A stretch of DNA of 64,000 nt from Octopus vulgaris (GCA_951406725.2 OX597816.1:128712001-128776000), one strand, 5' to 3'; positions 24,791-40,063 are shown, counted from the stretch's first letter. Notes: generated by a model not told the origin, from the letters alone. Translations and numbers: made by a program.

Positions 24791-27475
24791 TATTAAGAGA
24801 GAATATCTTATGAAATTAATGTGGTTGGTGATATCTATAAGATAAAGGTAAGGGTTCAGTAACTTATAATCTAGATAAATAAGTAAAAGCCACATTGTGG
24901 CTTGTGTAGTAGGTATGAAAGTGCAACAGATATAAAGTTGCAATACATATGAAGATGCAACTCATATGCTTCTAAAACCAACTATCTAATTGGAAGCATA
25001 TGGATAATACAAGCTGTAAAATAAAATATAAAGACTAAGATTATTGTAGATTCATTGCAGCATTTTCTATAGTATCAAGGTTGGGGACAAGATGACACAC
25101 TTTCTGGGCATAACAGCAAGGTAACTTTCTCAAAGAAGTCTGAAACAAGCAGAGTTAAATCTCTTACCTAGAACCTCAACAAAATTCCTGTTAATTCCTC
25201 ACATTATTTAAGCCAGTAGATCAACAAGTTATCTACCAAATAATTTACCCTTCAGTTTTGCTTATTGGTTCATTAGTTTACAATATGTATCAACAAGAGC
25301 ATCATATTATCTGCATTCATTTATTATATAACACTCTATATTCAATCTATTTAGCAGACAGTTTCATAAGCATATCTATTACATCCTCATAGTTGTTAAC
25401 CATGGTGTATAAATGTGACTCTTGATATATCTATCTAGGCTCCATTTCAATAAATGAAACAAAGCCATTTCTAAAAGCTTTAAAGGTGTTACAAAGTTAA
25501 TGTGTGCTTTCAACAGTATTTATTTAAAACTAGTATTGTGTATAAGAAATGTAAGTATATACACAGACAGTCTTCAAGGAAAAGGGTAGTCATGCAGATG
25601 TTGCATGCTAAGAGGATATAGTTTTGGCTCAATAGATATCAGTGTAACACAGAAATAATTTCTGCCCATGATTTCATTACCTCAGGTATCTCTCTGGTGT
25701 TTCATACTAAGATAGCCATGATCAGGCCATAAATAATAGCCATTGATGTTTTGAGCTGCAAGACTGGAATGCAGGAATCAACTGCTAAGCAGAAACTAAA
25801 CCTGATTTGTCCAAAAATTTTTCAGAAGAAACCCTGAAAATAGGTAATTTGCATCTATTGAAAACTATGAATAAGATAAATTATTTTAAAGAAAAGAAAC
25901 TGTAAAAGAAATAGAGGATATTAATTGTAAGAAAAGATTTAACAGTTAAAATTTATATTTCCTGTAAATTCAATTTAAGTTCTGTTTAAAAAATGTATAG
26001 CTTACAATAAAAACCAATTTGAGTCTACATAGAAAACAAAATTAGATTCTTTCTGTGAAATAACCAGATGGGATAAGAAAGTGTAAGAATTCTTTCTTCC
26101 TATGCATATATTACAGCATTCATCTTTCCTACCCAACTTGAAAAGATTTTTTTTTCCCATTTTTTATTATGTTGAATTTACCCAAATGAGTTCCCAGTTT
26201 TATAAGTGTATGTATACTGACATTACAGTGCTGCACAGTTATAAATTACATCTCTGGAAGGTATGCTACATTAAATCCTGATATATATTCCATCATATTA
26301 CTTCTTCTCTTTCAAGATATTGATTTTATTCTGTGCCAAGCTGACACCTCTGTCAGCATCAACAACTTGGTTTCTTTAGAATATTTTCTAGGTCATGGAG
26401 GTTACTTGTTATTAGTTGTCTGGAAATGACAGTGAAAATGAAGACTAACTGGCAAATGACTGATTTACTAGCATCATTAAGAAGACATGTTTGTCCTTTA
26501 CTTTCTCATGAAGTAGAGATAGAAAATAAAGTGAACAGTGTTAGATGATAATAACAATTTTCTTATTAAAACCAAAGAAAATTACTTTTGTAAACATTTC
26601 AAAACCTTTTAAAATATATTACCAAAACTATTTAATCAGTTCACACCTATTCTTTTACTTTTAAAATATCCAAAACATTAAGAAAATAACTTCTTGCCAA
26701 TCTAGTATTTTCAAAATGTGTATTTCAAAGGAATATGTTGTAAATTTATACAATTTTAATTTAGACTTTTCAAATACTATTTTAATTAAATCTGCTTTAT
26801 TTTAAAAAGTTTAGAAAACAGTTAATTAAAAATAAAAATAAAATGTAGAAAAAAAATATAAACTGTTCAATACAATGAGATAGAAAATGTCTATCCTCTC
26901 TTAAATCTAGAAGAAAGCCTCTGAAGAAAAATGTTGAAGTGATATAATAGTCTGATCATTTCAATAACTTCCTTCACCACCAACTGAAGCCGCTTGCATC
27001 TTGAATGGATATCACCACAACATGAATAGAAATTTTATTTCTCCCTGTTAAATAGATCAGCAGCTAAATTATCAAGATGTGAAGAGCAAAACTTTTTTTT
27101 AATTTGATTTTCATTGTAACTTCATTATGTATGTATACGTGTCTATGCATGCAAACACTCAGAAGCATACATACACTCATATATATATATATATGCACAT
27201 ACATTTATGTATATACATGTGTGTGTTTTATTATGCACACATACACATATACAACATACACTGGCATAGGAATAGTATACACACATACAAACACAAATAC
27301 ACCAGTACACATTACTCACTCTCCTACTAAGCTGGAACTTTTTATGTTGTCCAGAGAACATATACCATCAGAAAAGCTTATATTTCTATAACAAGCTTTT
27401 CAAGGTAATGCCATATGGTGCTTACCACTTTGCACACAAACAAAACCTATTAAACATGTGTGTGTACATATATAC

Positions 27476-27554
<79 letters not shown>

Positions 27555-27617
27555 AGAGAGAGATAGACAGATAGATAGATAGATAGACAGATAGATAGAT
27601 AGATAGATAGATATATG

Positions 27618-27658
<41 letters not shown>

Positions 27659-28982
27659 TTATATAATATAATATATACTATATATGTGTGTATATATATA
27701 TGCATGTTTGTGTGTGTGTAGACTTTGCCTTTTATCCTCTTGGGAGTCAATAAAATAAGAACCAGTTGAACACTGGGGTTGATGTAATTGACCCCCCACC
27801 AGTTTGCTGGCCTTGTACCAAAATTTGAAGCCAATATTGTATCATTTTATATTATATTACATATATGTCATTAGTGATGTGTTACTTCTGGTCACAATTC
27901 TTTCCATCGTTTAAGGTGTTACTTAGTTTACTGGACATGGTAGCAGCTGCCTCTGACTAGTGTAACACCTTAACAGTTTTATGCTTGTGACCATATTAAA
28001 ACATGTAGACATTATTGCTTTTGAAAGACAAACCAAATAAAGTTGAGGACAGTTTCTTATGAAGTATAACCTCAGTTTTCATTAAGGATTTTCTCCACTA
28101 AGTACAGAAAAGTAAATCCTCATATTCTAATAACTGGAAAGCATCACAGCAGAGCATCAGAGGTGATGGTTGTGGTTCGAAGTCAGTGGCTGATATACAG
28201 TGCTCAATTCAGAGCTTTACTCTTTTCAGTTCAGTTAAGACTTGGGTCAACTTTACACTTCTTTCCTGTAGAATTATTCTTGCAAAGATTCAATTCACAA
28301 AATAAAAGCTTTATGTCTTAAAAATTTAGCTAAAAGAGGTAGCAGTGGCAGTGGTGAGGCTGGATAATTATTGCAACAGTAATGATGAGGATAGATAATA
28401 ATTGTAGTAGTCAAGGTGAGAATCAGAAGTTTTTGCTGCAGTGAGCAGCAGCAGCAACAGCAGCAGTAGAGGTAGTTGATTTAGACAAATATGATGTTTC
28501 TCTTGGTCATTACCATTACATTAGGATCAAACTAACAAATGCATAAATAAATAAATGAAAACACCTTGAAATTAAAAATGTAACTTTCCCTAAATTTTTA
28601 TTTGAATTTTTAATTTTTAAAAATTATTTTCTTTATTTGCCAAATATATTATTCTTGATGTCAGATTTTTTTATTTTTACTTTTATGCTTCTCTTGAAAT
28701 GACTCAGATGAGCATTTTTGTCAGATCCCATATGAAAATAAAGCACAATAAATGTCTAAATTCACAGCTAGCTAGTTTATCCTTATGGCTTTGCTATAAG
28801 GATTCACTTAGAATACACAAAATAATAAATAATGAAAACCCTCACCAATAATCATCCAGTTAATTTATCACTAGATTTGACATTGCTTATACACATCAGC
28901 TTTTAATGAATTATTTGTATTTTGACAGTCACAAAATTTATAGATTACTGTCTTTGTTACTTATATATAAATTGTGCAAGGT

Positions 28983-29061
28983 CTGGCCTGGCTTGGCTTT
29001 GCCTGGCCTAGCTTGGCTTGGCTTCACCTGGCCTTGTCTAGCTTGACTTGACTTGGCTTGG
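28983..29061. repeat. (GGCTT/GGCCT)n pentanucleotide repeat
   Basis: ctggcctggcttggctttgcctggcctagcttggcttggctt... Confidence 0.9.
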
Positions 29062-29104
29062 AGAGCTTTTGCAACCTCAGGTAAGTTAAGATATCTTTTA
29101 TCTG

Positions 29105-29290
29105 TTATTTATTACTTGTTTCAGTCATTAGACTGTGGCCATGCTGGGGCACCGTCTTGAAGAATTTCTTTTAGACAAATGAATCAATGCCATTACTTTA
29201 CTTTCTTTTAAGCCTGGCACTTATTCTGTCAGTTTCATTTGTGAAACTGCTAAGTTACAGGTCAGGGACAAACACAGACACAAAGACACA
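29105..29290 (-). mobile_element. SINE family A, 3' half
   Basis: ttacttgtttcagtcattagactgtggccatgctggggcacc...acaaacacagacac. Confidence 0.8.
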
Positions 29291-29324
29291 TACACATACA
29301 TACATACATACATACATACATACA

Positions 29325-29357
<33 letters not shown>

Positions 29358-29884
29358 GCATACATACATACATACTTATATAGGGTGCAGTGAATAAACT
29401 GTCATCCAAATTACGCAAAAATGAAAATAACACTCATTTTAACAGATATATTTACCAAAATTACATAAAAATATCTTGATGAGAGAGTTGAGGAGGAGGA
29501 GTGAGAGAGAGGGGACAGTGAAGAGGAGAGGAGAAGAATAGGGAAGGATGGGAGAGAAAACTAGAAAGGATGAAGAACAAGAGAGAGAGAGAGAGATAGA
29601 CAGAGAAGAGATAGTAAAAATAGAAGAGTGCACATCGTAATTATTAAGATAAAACTTACTTGGAAAAGGATGCATGGCATTCGATCATATAATAATATAA
29701 ATAATGTAAATATATGCATATATGTACATACCTACATATATATGTATATATATGTATATATACATGCATATATGGGTATGGACATAAAAAAAAACGTTGA
29801 AGACAACGAGAAGCGAAAACATAAAAGCAAAAACATAGAAACGAGACATACAACATAAAGAATATTCCCCTTATTCAGTTGTCC

Positions 29885-29934
<50 letters not shown>

Positions 29935-29942
29935 GTATGTAT

Positions 29943-29975
<33 letters not shown>

Positions 29976-30088
29976 ATCCTAAGTGTACAGTATTATATAT
30001 CCATCACAGCTAATCTTACCAATCAGTTTGCACTATTGACAGATGCACAAGTACATATTTTCCTGACATGGACTTTTAGATGACTTAC

Positions 30089-30121
<33 letters not shown>

Positions 30122-30123
30122 TG

Positions 30124-30200
<77 letters not shown>

Positions 30201-30614
30201 TAGGCTTCTTTCAGTTTCTGTCTGTCAATTCCACTCAGTAGGCTTTGGTCAGCTTCAGACTATAGTAGAAAACACTCGTCCAAGGTACCACACCGTGGAA
30301 TTGCACCTGGAACCATGGCTTTGCCTGGTCGAAAACACTAAAAAAAGAAAAATTCTTGACTGTCTCTCTTGAGATGATGAGAATAAAGTGAGATTTGTGA
30401 TGTATCGATGTCAAAGCATAGAAGGAAGTATTTTGATTTGGGGGCAAACTTTGAGATACATAGAAGTCAAACTATATGAAGTGAGATCTTTCTATTGAAG
30501 GGAACCATTTAACAGTTTTCATTATCAGCCAATGTGATCTAAATGTTAATAAGGAAGAATATGAAGAGAATGGAAATGATATGCAGCTGTGTTGCTCATA
30601 CTAAAGATATTAAG

Positions 30615-31125
30615 TGAGGTTGGTGATGATAATAGTAATAATGAAGATGGTTGTGGGGGATTGTGGTGGTAGTTGTGGTCATAGTTATGGACATGATCAT
30701 GGTGGTGGTAGAGTCAGTGGTAGTAGTGGTGAGGGAGATGGAGTGACAGTGGCAGTGGTGCTAGTGATAGCGGTAGTGGTGGTGGTAGTGGTGGTGGTGG
30801 TGGTGATAATGATGATTTCGATAACAATGACAACAATGTTGACAATGATGACGACGATGATGGTAGTGCTGGTGCTGCTGGTGCTGCTGGTGCTGGTGGT
30901 GCTGAAAATGGTCATGATCATGATGATTATGATGACGATGACGCCAATGATGATGATGGTGATGGCGGTGGTAGTGACAATGATGGCAGCAGGTGGTAGT
31001 GGTGACAGTGACGATGACAATGATGGTAATGATGAAAATGATGGTGCTAACGACAATGACAATCATGGGGGGCAGGGTGGTAGTGGCAGTGGTGACAGTG
31101 ACAACAATAATAAAAACGATGATAA
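30615..31125. repeat. Compound trinucleotide low-complexity tract (GGT/GAT/GCT/GAC)
   Basis: Direct inspection; source of the three spurious overlapping ORFs. Confidence 0.9.
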
Positions 31126-31964
31126 ATATAGAATTAACTACTAACATAGCTTCAAGTGAATAAAGTCCCTTTTAGAACCATTTCACAATATTGATTTCTT
31201 ATGCAAACCAACATTGCTGTAAATCTATAGAGGAGACTTTTCAATGTTTATGCATTTCTCAAGAGATTTAGCAATGTAAGTAAAGTGGTATAACTACAAC
31301 TAGGAATTTAAACTTGGTTGAACACTCATTTTATTGTGAACTTACGTCTTCAATACTCACCGTTTTCTAGTTCATAATATTATTTTCTCATGTGGGTACA
31401 AAACCACAAATGGCTACATGATAGCAAAATCAGTTACTCTCATAATTTTGTATGATTTGATGTGATGCATGATACAGTTCATCTCAGTCTGTTTAACTCA
31501 AGGATTCCCAAAGTAAGTATTATAACTTGACCCAAAGAAGCATTTGAATAACGAAATATACTTTATGGGAGTATGCTGACTGAGTTTATCTTAGTCAGTG
31601 AATGGTACATATTTACATAAGTGAATGTACATAAGTGAATGGTACATATTCTGAACTCAGAATACCAAGTGATATAGGTAAAACCAAACAAGGCACTTCC
31701 CAGAATGCACTCTATCATCCTTTTGCAATTCACAACATGATTTCTCCTATAGATTTGCAGTACAAGATCACAAATCTAGAGGAGAATAATATTGTTGAGG
31801 CAATCCTATTATATAGATAGTACTTATTGTACAGACCCTTGAGGAATTACAGAAAAAAATTCCCTTTGGTGAGAATTGAACTCACAATTTGGTGGGTCAT
31901 AACTTAATACTGTAAAGCATTATGTATAATGCACTAATATTTCAGCACCTCCACCTCTCTCAGC

Positions 31965-32115
31965 ATATTGGTCATGTATCTACAGTACACAATATTTTAA
32001 CAATTTTTTTATATAATTCCTAACAATATTTAATATAAGATTTTTTCATAAATTTTAACAACAAAATCATATATAGAACCCCAATGGTCATATGGAACCT
32101 GGTTGAGAACCATTG
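31965..32115 (-). mobile_element. hAT-type MITE fragment
   Basis: Ends ggttgagaaccattg (revcomp of a CAGTGGTTCTCAACC-type TIR); body is the revcomp of 35560-35735. Confidence 0.6.
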
Positions 32116-32739
32116 GTCTAATGCTATACTAAATGATGTTTCTTAACCTGCTAGAAATAGTAACCTAATCTCTTAGAGATTACACATTGTTGTCTTTAAA
32201 AAAAGGAAGGAGGCATTGCACAAATTAGAGCTAAGATACATCATGTGAGAGAAAAAGATAGGATGGTCATGATTGGAGGAAACAGTCATTGTAGATTAAC
32301 TTGATCAGGCTGTGCTTGGGCTACACAGTGATATCAAAAACTTCCATCAATGGTTCAAAAATATTTTCCTTTCCAATCTCAATATTTTTTCCACTAATTG
32401 TATTGTTGAGGTTAAAGAATCAGAGTACGACTTTCTAAATTTGTATTTTGTCATATGATATCAAGATCTGTTTTAGTCATAATGCTATAATCTGTTGACA
32501 GAATTAATTGATTCAGACAGTCTTAGCTTCTAAAGTTTAATGATTTCTGAGGGGATATTATATCCTGTATTAAAAGGTATTTAGGGGTTGCCTAAATATG
32601 ATTTACACTTGGAGTGTTTCCATAAGGAACAAAAGTTAGTAAGGAACAGTTAATTGCAAGAGCATAGATTTGCTAAGTAGATAGCAGTTTACATTTGAGA
32701 AAGATAAATTTTGATTAGAATACTTTCAAATCAACAATA

Positions 32740-33148
32740 GACACAAGAGTGGCTGTGTGGAATGAAGTTTGCATCCCAATCACATGGTTCTGAGTTCAGT
32801 CTCACTGCATGACGTCTTGGGAAAGTGCCTTCTACTACAGCCTCACACCAAGTAAAGCCTTGTGAGTGGATTTGGTAAACAGAAAACTAAAGGAGCCTAC
32901 TGTGTGTGTGTGTGTGTGTGTGTGTGTCATTGTGTCTGTGTTTGTCCTTCACCGCCATTTGATAACTAGTGTTGATGAGTTTATGTCTCCATAAAACTTA
33001 GCAGTTCAGCAACAGAGACTGATAGAAGTACCAGGCTTAAAAAAAAATAATAATTACTGGGGTCAATCCATTCAACTAAAATTATTCAAAGCATTGCCCC
33101 AGCATAGCCACAACCTAATTACTGAAACAAATAGAAGATAAAAGAAAG
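32740..33148 (+). mobile_element. SINE family A, full length
   Basis: Colinear with 42016-42396, with internal (TG)n. Confidence 0.9.
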
Positions 33149-33374
33149 ATGGATGCTATATTAGATTTCATCAAGCTGATGGCTTTGGTACAGATAGAGA
33201 CTGATAATGGAAGTGAATTGGCCTACACTGAGTGCATCACATCTCTTAGACTGAGAATTAATCCTTATGGGAATAGTAGAAGATGTCAGAGATAAGGAGT
33301 GAAAGAGGATGTTGTGTTATGCAGTTTGATAGATCTGCAAAAAAGGAGTGTAGGACCAATTTTTCTGAATAATT

Positions 33375-33765
33375 TTTTATTTCTTTATTGCCCACAAGGA
33401 GCTAAACTCAGAGGGGACAAATAAGGACAGACATAGGTATTAAATCGATTAGATCGACTCCAGTGCGTAACTGATACTTAATTTATCGACCCCGAAAGGA
33501 TGAAAGGCAAAGTCGACCTCAGCGGAATTTGAACTCAGAACTTTAAGACAGACGAAATACCTATTCCTTTACTACCCACAATGGGACAAACAAAGACAGA
33601 CAATTGGATTAAGTCGATTGTATCGACCCCAGTGCATAACTGGTACTTATTTAATCGATTCCAAAAGGATGAAAGGCAAAGTCGACCTCGGCAGAATTTG
33701 AACTCAGAACGTAGCGACAGATGAAATACCACTGAGCATTTCACCCGGCGTGAACATTTCTGCCA
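33375..33765 (-). mobile_element. SINE family B, tandem dimer
   Basis: Core aaaggatgaaaggcaaagtcgacctc..gaatttgaactcagaac occurs twice (~33495, ~33663); junction at ~33561. Confidence 0.9.
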
Positions 33766-34864
33766 AGGGTACAGGAGATGAGTTGCAAAAACCATAGAAA
33801 AGATGAACAGAAAGAGTTTTAAGTCACTGGTTTAGAAGAAAACAGTTATCATACACATTTTCAGTTGGTTAGCTTATAAAGTATTTTCTAGGCTGTGAAA
33901 ACATTTTCTTTAAAAAAAATTGGTAAGTAGATATCCAAATTTTCGAAATAATCAAAAATATATCATCTATGTTATCTTTAAGGGAGAAAAAATCGATTAA
34001 AAAAACATTAAAAATATATTTTTAAAATATTAAAAACAATTGAAATTTGATAAATATCAAAATGAAATTTAGTCACAATGTCAAATATTGCTATATGAGA
34101 CAACCATTTTAATAAATAAATAGTTGCTGGAGGGAATGGAATTAAATTTAGATGGATTTCTTTGTCAAATAAATTCCAAACTTAATATTGTTGCATTATT
34201 AAAATATAAGATAGACTAATGGAGATGGCTTAGGCAGCACAGAGCAGGACTTGCTGCATCACTGTTGTACTTGAGAAAACCTATTATACAATGGTAGCCA
34301 TCTGCATTTTATTTGTTTGGGTTCTTTTATCGTGGAAGGGGGTTACATTAACCAACACCTCATATTTCTAGGAGAGAGATAGAGTTGGTTAAATCAGCCC
34401 CAGTGTATGTCAGTAAATAAAATGAGCCAATGAGAAACTGTTGCATGGTTGCTTAACCTGCTAAAAACACCAACTAGATCTCTCTCAAATCACACTTTAT
34501 TGTCTTAAAAGTGGTAGGACAGATTCGACAATATAGTTCTAAATATTAAAAAAATAGAAATTGCCACAGATGGTCTGTTTAATTAAAACTGACCCAGGTC
34601 TAAACAACAACAGCAGAAAATATTTAAAAAAAAAGAAGAAGAAAAAGAAACAGAGTGCAAAGAAACAAGTAGAGTTTGTCATTGGTAAAAATCATCTCAC
34701 AAATATTGAAAATTTGTAAGCTCTCATGGAGAAACACAAAATCCAATATTTCAAATAAAGCCCTTTTTCATTGAGAAAGCAATAATGAGAAAAAACCCAG
34801 CCTTGTCAAAATGTTTTCATCTTCACTTATAGACTTATTTATAGCCAGTATACTTTTTGGTGAA

Positions 34865-35212
34865 GGCGCATGGCTCAGTGGTTAGAGTGGCGGGCTCACA
34901 ATTATGAGGTTTTGAGTTTGATTCCTGGACCAGGCCGTGTGTTGTGTTCTTCAACAAGACACTTTATTTCATATTGTTCCAGTTCACTCAGCTGTAGAAA
35001 TGAGTTACAACATCACTGGTACCAAGCTGTATCAGACTTTGTCTTTCCTTTGGATAACATCAGTGGTGTGGAGAGGAGAGGCTGGTATGCATGGGCAACC
35101 ACTTGTCTTTCATAAACAACCTTGCCCAGACTTGTGCCTTGGAGGGGAACTTTCTAGGTGCAATCCTATTGTCATTCATGACCAAAGGGGATCTTTACCT
35201 TTTTTACCCTTT
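34865..35212 (+). mobile_element. tRNA-headed SINE family C, full length
   Basis: ggcgcatggctcagtggttagag...gagtttgattcct...; colinear with 16219-16572. Confidence 0.9.
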
Positions 35213-35559
35213 TACTCTGGCATGAGTTCAGATGGATGAATTAATGGGATACTAGTGTTTAATGCACAGCAAGAACCACCTTTTAAAAGTAGATGAAATG
35301 AGTTAGTTTATAATGATTTCTAACTTTGGCAAGGGGGTCCTTTATTTTGTTCATCTGCAACATTCCACTGTTACCTGATTTTATCGACACTAAAAGGATA
35401 AAATGCAAAACCAATCCTAAAGGGCCATCTAAAGACATGGGCACATTAGATATTTACTTGCTTTACTTGAGAGCTTGTAATGATGCAAGATGGCCCTGAA
35501 TCCTGGAATTGCAACTCAGAACATGAAGACATATTTACTATAATGCCTTTTGACTAATC

Positions 35560-35735
35560 CAGTTTTTCTCAACCATTTTTTCCCTATGAATTCCTTTGAT
35601 TACTATTTTACTCAACCAGCCACCGCCATGTTTAAAAGATCTTATTATCTTAAATATTATCAGGAATTATATTAAAAAAGTTGTTAAAATATTGTGAATT
35701 GTAGATGCATAACCAATTTATTATTCATAAACTTT
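35560..35735 (+). mobile_element. hAT-type MITE fragment
   Basis: Starts cagtttttctcaacc; same family as 31965-32115. Confidence 0.6.
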
Positions 35736-36660
35736 AATCACATGGCATTGGTTAATCTGGAGTTATAGTAGAGGACACTTGTCCAAGGTGCTTTGCTGTA
35801 GGACTGAACCTGTAACCATGTGGTTGAGAAGCAAACTTCTTAACCACAGTCACACCTGCAACTATTAAATAATAATTTCAAATTTTGCCACAAGTCCCGC
35901 AGGTTCAGGGTAGTGGGTAAATCAATTACATTGCACCTAGTATTAAACTGGTACATATTTTATCAATCCTGGAGGGATGAAAGGCAAAGTTGACCTTGGT
36001 GGGATTTGAACTCAGAACGTAAAGACAGACAAAATACTGAGAAGCATTTTGCTCATCACATTTAACAATTTTGTCAGCTCACCACTTAACTGCACCAATT
36101 AAATATTAATAAAAGGAAACAAAAGCGAGGAAGGAATTACATACAATAACAAATACACTAAGACAAAAATATTATTATAAAATGAAAAAAAAACTGGAAA
36201 CACCTTTTAAAGGATAAAAAAAACTTCTCCTGCAGAAGCCCCACCACTGAAATTTGTTTAATCAAATATTATTGTTACAACTATAGTCTAACCACAAAAC
36301 AGTTGTAGCAGTTAGCAGATTTATTCGCTCTCTCTCTCTCTCTCTCTGTCTTTCTCCTTTTCTCTCTCTCTCATGCTAGATGCCACCTTTTTTATTATTA
36401 TATACTATCTTTAGTTGCTATCTGATTTTGGTGTCTAGCAGACACAAACACACATAGTACAACTGTATATACAATTGATTTTTACAATCTAAGCAGAATA
36501 TATATGTGTATGTATGTGTGTGTGTGTATGTGTATTTGTATAAATTTGTGTAAATATTTAAAATGTAAGGTTGTTGTTGTTTAGTTTCAGATTAACCTTG
36601 ATCAAACAGAATTATGGTCAAAAGCGTTCCAGTTATGACCCTCCTGCAGTTTGAGAGATA

Positions 36661-36888
36661 TTAACCCTTTAGCACTCAGATTATTCTATCATATGTAATA
36701 CCTATTTATTCACATTGTTTTGAATTAGTCAAGTATTATCTTGAAGCTTTGAGATTTCAATGATGTGATTGTTTAGTTTTAGAATGACATTGTAGGGTTG
36801 GTGTGAGAAGCTAGATCTGGCCAGTTTGAACATAAAATGGGTAAAATATTTGGGCTGGATATGGTCAGATTAAATGCTAAAGGGTCAA
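36661..36888. mobile_element. piggyBac-type MITE
   Basis: TTAA-CCCTTTAGCA ... TGCTAAAGGG-TCAA: 10-bp TIR starting CCC with a TTAA target duplication (one mutated); nested in an older repeat (36570-36990). Confidence 0.85.
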
Positions 36889-38676
36889 GTCTATTTAATA
36901 TGTGTTTTCATTGTTTATTTGAGTAAGGTGTGATTTGAAGATATTTGGCTACAATTTGTAGCAGGTCAAGTGACCACAAAGACTCTCCCACACTAGCTCC
37001 TACTAGGATCAGAGCTATTTTAAGGCATGGGTACACTGAGCAGTTACCCAGGGTCCCTCACAGGTGTTGGAGGTCAATTCTGAACTATGTACTTTGTAGT
37101 TTGCTGTTAATAAAAATGCTAAACGGTTCAGTGTATTGATTTGCCCAAGGGACCTAGAAAGCTGCTATGATAGTCCTGATTGGGATTTGAGGTTTATTAT
37201 CTGAAATGTTGCAGGATTAACCTTCTAAGAAACATTTTACTTTGGTCTTGAAGTAAGTAGCATCCTCCTCTTTGCTTTGTACCAACTTTATAGATAATAC
37301 ATAGCATAAGTAAGGGGCGAACTGGCAGAATCATTAGCACACTGGGCAAAATGCTTAGCAATATTTTGTCTGTCTTTACATTCTGGATTCAATTTCTGTC
37401 AAGGTTGGCTTTATCTTTCATCTTTTCAGTATTGATAAAATAAGTAACAGTTATGCAATGGGGCTAATGTCATCAACTTACCACCTACCCTGAAATTGCT
37501 GGCTTTGTGCCAAAATTTGAAATACATATAATGCATGAGTATACAGTAGAGACAATACCGAATTTTGGCATAAGCTCAATGAGTGAAAGCTTAGGGCCTT
37601 AACCAAGTCTAAACCTAACAGTAAGGTGCAGCATTTATTTCTATTAACTAATGGAAAAAGACAGAGCAATATTCATAAACTTTGCAGGCCCTCCTAGACA
37701 GATGATATTGATGTGGTTGATATTCAGTTTGAACATCTGTAGGTTGATATCAGAAAGAAAAATGATATAATTAGGGGAGTAGGTTTTCCAACTGAAGCTC
37801 TGAAGAAGAACAAGTGGACGGAGTGTTTAGCAAAAGATGTGCTGAGGTATAAGTACAAAGTAGTGATGACAAGAGAAAGAGAGAGGAGTCAAGGCTGTCT
37901 TAACACTATTATAACCTCCCGCTTCACCTCCCGACTAAGCAATGCACAAAGGCCTCTACATGCACATTATCACCATCATCCTTTAATGTCCGGTTTTCCA
38001 TGCTGGCATAAGTTGGATGGATTGACCAGAGCTGGCAAGCTGCAGAGCTGTACTAGTCTTCAGTCTGATTTGGCTTGGTTTCTACAGCTGGATGCCCTTC
38101 CTAATACCAACCATTTTACAGAGTGCGCTGGGTGCTTCATTTAACATGGACCATCATAAGTGCTTTTGATATGGACTAGCATGGATGCTTTTTACGCAGA
38201 CTGGTACAATTACAATATAAATAGACTAGCAATAGGTTCCTTGGCCTGTAAATCCCCTACATAATTGCCTAGTGCACACAAGCTTCAAAATGGCATGGAG
38301 GTGAGTGCAACAGGGGTGCATTAAGGGGCTCTTGGTACAAAACATGATAATTCAGAGGAACAGGGTATTTGTATTAACGTTACAAGAGACAGAGAAAAGA
38401 AACAATGTGTCTATTGCAGTGTATCGGTGGCTGAATCTTTGCCAATAATGTTCTTTTCGATGCAATCTGGAATGTATGTATGTGCAGCAACAAGCATTGT
38501 CCTAGTTATGGGAGCAGTGCAGCAATGTGGGTCACATGACCCCTGTAGAGAAGTAGAAACAGATTAGATAAACACTCAAAAACAAAAATTAAAAATGCAT
38601 TAAGAATATGTATAGAGTTATGTCTATATTTATATGTATATATCTATGCATACACATTTGTATAAATGATTATTAG

Positions 38677-38709
<33 letters not shown>

Positions 38710-38781
38710 GTATGTATCAAATTATGCAGGAATATGAAAGGATATATACATACATACATACATACATACATACATACATAC

Positions 38782-38834
<53 letters not shown>

Positions 38835-39177
38835 TACACACATACGCGCACACATATATACACAAACATACTTTCACTCAGCAAATAGAAGGGAGATTTT
38901 TATGATTTGACTGATTTGACTGTACAAGTGGTGGTGGTGGTGGTGATGGTGGTATTATAGGAAGAGGAGAAGAGGTGGTGGAGGTGGAGGAGGGGAGGGA
39001 GGAGGAGGAGGTGGTGGTGGTGGAGGGGGGGGAGAAGGAGGAGGAGGAGGAGGAAGGGGAGGCAAACAAACAAACAAACAAACAAATAAGTAACTAAAAA
39101 TGTACAACATGACAGCACTGAAAAATTGCAACAATTAACAGTTCTTAGGAAAGCAAACACTCCTTATTTTTACCTAC

Positions 39178-39213
39178 CTCTCTTCGTACCCAATTCTTCA
39201 AACAGTAGAGCAT
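39178..39213 (-). other. Candidate first coding exon segment (MLYCLKNWVRRE) ending at a GAG|gtaggt donor
   Basis: Unique CpG-retaining sequence 39150-39300; ATG at 39213 open to a good donor at 39177; no downstream exon identified. Confidence 0.2.
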
Positions 39214-39427
39214 TCCTTATCGATTCTCACACCACACTTGCCACATCTTTGAATATTCTTCAAATAATATCCGACAGCCAAATACAATAAATCAATATCA
39301 TATATATAAATCATTAATGTAAGGAATATGCAAATTAGATTATTATTTTGTTTCTGTTTTTTGTCTTTTTGTGTCCTTTATTTTCCTGTTTTTTTTTTAT
39401 TTTTCATTGTAAAACGGAAACATTCAA

Positions 39428-39503
39428 GATAACAATAACAACAACAGCAGCAGCAATACCAACAACAACAACAGCAACCAAAACAACAACAACAATGATA
39501 ATG

Positions 39504-39541
<38 letters not shown>

Positions 39542-39623
39542 GATGATGATGATGATAATAATAAGAAGAATGATAATGATAATAACAACAACAACAACAA
39601 CAACCAAAACAATAACAACAATG

Positions 39624-39678
<55 letters not shown>

Positions 39679-39730
39679 TAATAACAACAACAACAACAAT
39701 AAGAATAACAACAACAATAATAACAATTAT
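39428..39730. repeat. Compound (AAC/AAT/GAT)n microsatellite
   Basis: Direct inspection. Confidence 0.95.
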
Positions 39731-40027
39731 AAAACAGAAAAAAACAAAAAGACATAACACAAATATAACACATGAAATAAATAAAATTTAACAATTATCT
39801 GATTTTGTTTTCATTCCTTCCCCTGATCTATTTTTATAAGTGAGAAAATTATTTTTATAGCTTTCTTGATTATAGCACGCTATTCTAATACTTACTTTAT
39901 TTTATAATTTACTCGGTTAATGGAAAATACTGTGCAAAGTGCAATATAGACACAGAAATGTACACACACATACACACACACACGCACACACACACATATA
40001 TACATGCACATATACATGCATGCATAA

Positions 40028-40063
<36 letters not shown>

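Noticed and set aside
34865-34940. tRNA genes at SINE heads (also 16219, 21680, 58330)
   Set aside because: A/B boxes run into shared SINE bodies with no complete acceptor stem; tRNA-derived SINE heads, not tRNAs.
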